From a virus (lineage: Duplodnaviria; Caudoviricetes): a stretch of 64,000 bases of DNA. Shown here one piece after another: positions 63,140-64,000 of the stretch. A program made the position numbers and the translations under genes. The stretch's first letter is position 1. Each line of letters starts with the position of its first letter. The stretch covers positions 19,460 through 83,459 of the IMG/VR virus record IMGVR_UViG_2811995091_000080; one strand, written 5' to 3'. Under the pieces are notes generated by a model, which worked only from the letters and a program-made list of their open reading frames with translations, did not search any database and had not been told where the DNA came from.

Positions 63140-64000
63140 CAATCTCCAAACTCTCTGCAAATATCCTCGAAGCGCGGGAGCATCTTGCGTCCGTCCGCTT
63201 CTGCTGCCTTGCGTCCTCGCGCGGTAATCGCTGCCCGGAGTTGCGCCTGTTCGCGCTCGATGCGCTTGAAGGCGGCGATCTGCTCGGCAAGCGATAGCTG
63301 TGCGCCTGCTTTGACCAGGCGGGGCGCGCTGCGATGGGTGCGCTCGTAGGTGCTGGCGCGGGTCATGCTTCACCTCGTGCTTTGGCGATTGCTGCGCGGG
63401 CTTTAACCACGCACTCTGGCTCGGTGGGATCAAGACCGCCCGTGAAGTCTGGCAACAGACCCTCCAGCGCCTCAAGCAATTCCGGCGCGGCTGCGATCAG
63501 GCAGGCGTTGGCTTCTAGATCGCCGGGAACGTCGTCCGATCCCATGCGAACATCAGCGATAGTATCAAACTGGCCTAGCCCGATCAGTCTATGCTCTTCG
63601 CCATCCCCCCGTTCGTAATAATAAGGGAAGACCGCCCAAGGCCCCGGCGTATGTGCTTCCTTCGCCACCATCAATTCTCCTGTCCTGCGATAAGTGCCTC
63701 TGCCCGCGCTATGCTGGCCTGAATGCTGTCGATTGCTGCTATCTGCGCGTCACACAGGGCGATTGCGGTGGCCTGCGATGCCATGCGCCCACACTCCCGT
63801 TCGCGCAGATCCCGCGCGGCCCGTTCGTCGCAGCGCGCCTGCTGTGCCCTGCCCCGGTTCATGGCTGGGCCTCGTGGTAGGCTGCGAGGGCTTGGGCGGC
63901 GGTGGCATAAGCGAAGTCCAAAGCGCCTTCCCTGTCGTCCCAGCGATAGTTTTCACCAGCGTCGTCTTCTGCACTGGTCTGCGCCTTGATAGCCTCCAAC
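63139..64000 (-). repeat. Early-left genes homologous to 18690..19510 (63139..63366, 63363..63674, 63671..63862, partial ORF to window end)
   Basis: Long near-identical stretches with 18690..19510. Confidence 0.85.

Noticed and set aside
62561-63475. 304-aa ORF as listed in the ORF track
   Set aside because: The upstream third overlaps real genes in another frame; the ATG at 63139 coupled to the preceding stop is the plausible start.

Overview
The whole 64 kb window is temperate HK97-like siphophage DNA. It is GC-rich and the protein styles suggest an alphaproteobacterial, probably Sphingomonadales, host. No host chromosomal genes are visible. It is not one genome but a head-to-tail join of two related, clearly distinct phages. 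Copy A runs tail, lysis, attP(tRNA-Val), integrase, early-left genes, cI/cro, replication, late activator (1 to ~33990). Copy B runs putative cos, terminase, head, tail, lysis, attP(tRNA-Thr), a different integrase, early-left genes (~33990 to 64000). Both att sites look unsplit: each is a tRNA 3' half with phage DNA and arm-like repeats on both sides, so neither is integrated through these sites. Comparing the two copies shows conserved blocks and swapped modules: tail tube/chaperone/tape measure, receptor-binding protein, holin-like genes, endolysin (GH24 vs GH108) and integrase/att. It also reveals several conserved micro-ORFs below the 60-aa cut-off. The most interesting items are: (i) a conserved late cassette of unknown function (HTH-metallophosphoesterase + 43-aa ORF + extremely acidic 68-aa protein + ~60-aa ORF), with a NADAR-like gene inserted in copy A; (ii) a C5 DNA methyltransferase whose missing motif IX is encoded by a nested +1-frame ORF (EcoHK31I-like two-frame enzyme); (iii) three repressor-controlled promoters with paired TTGTA-N5-TACAA operators; (iv) an attP tRNA-Val half with a non-canonical T-loop. 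All family assignments come from motif recognition by eye; no database searches were run.
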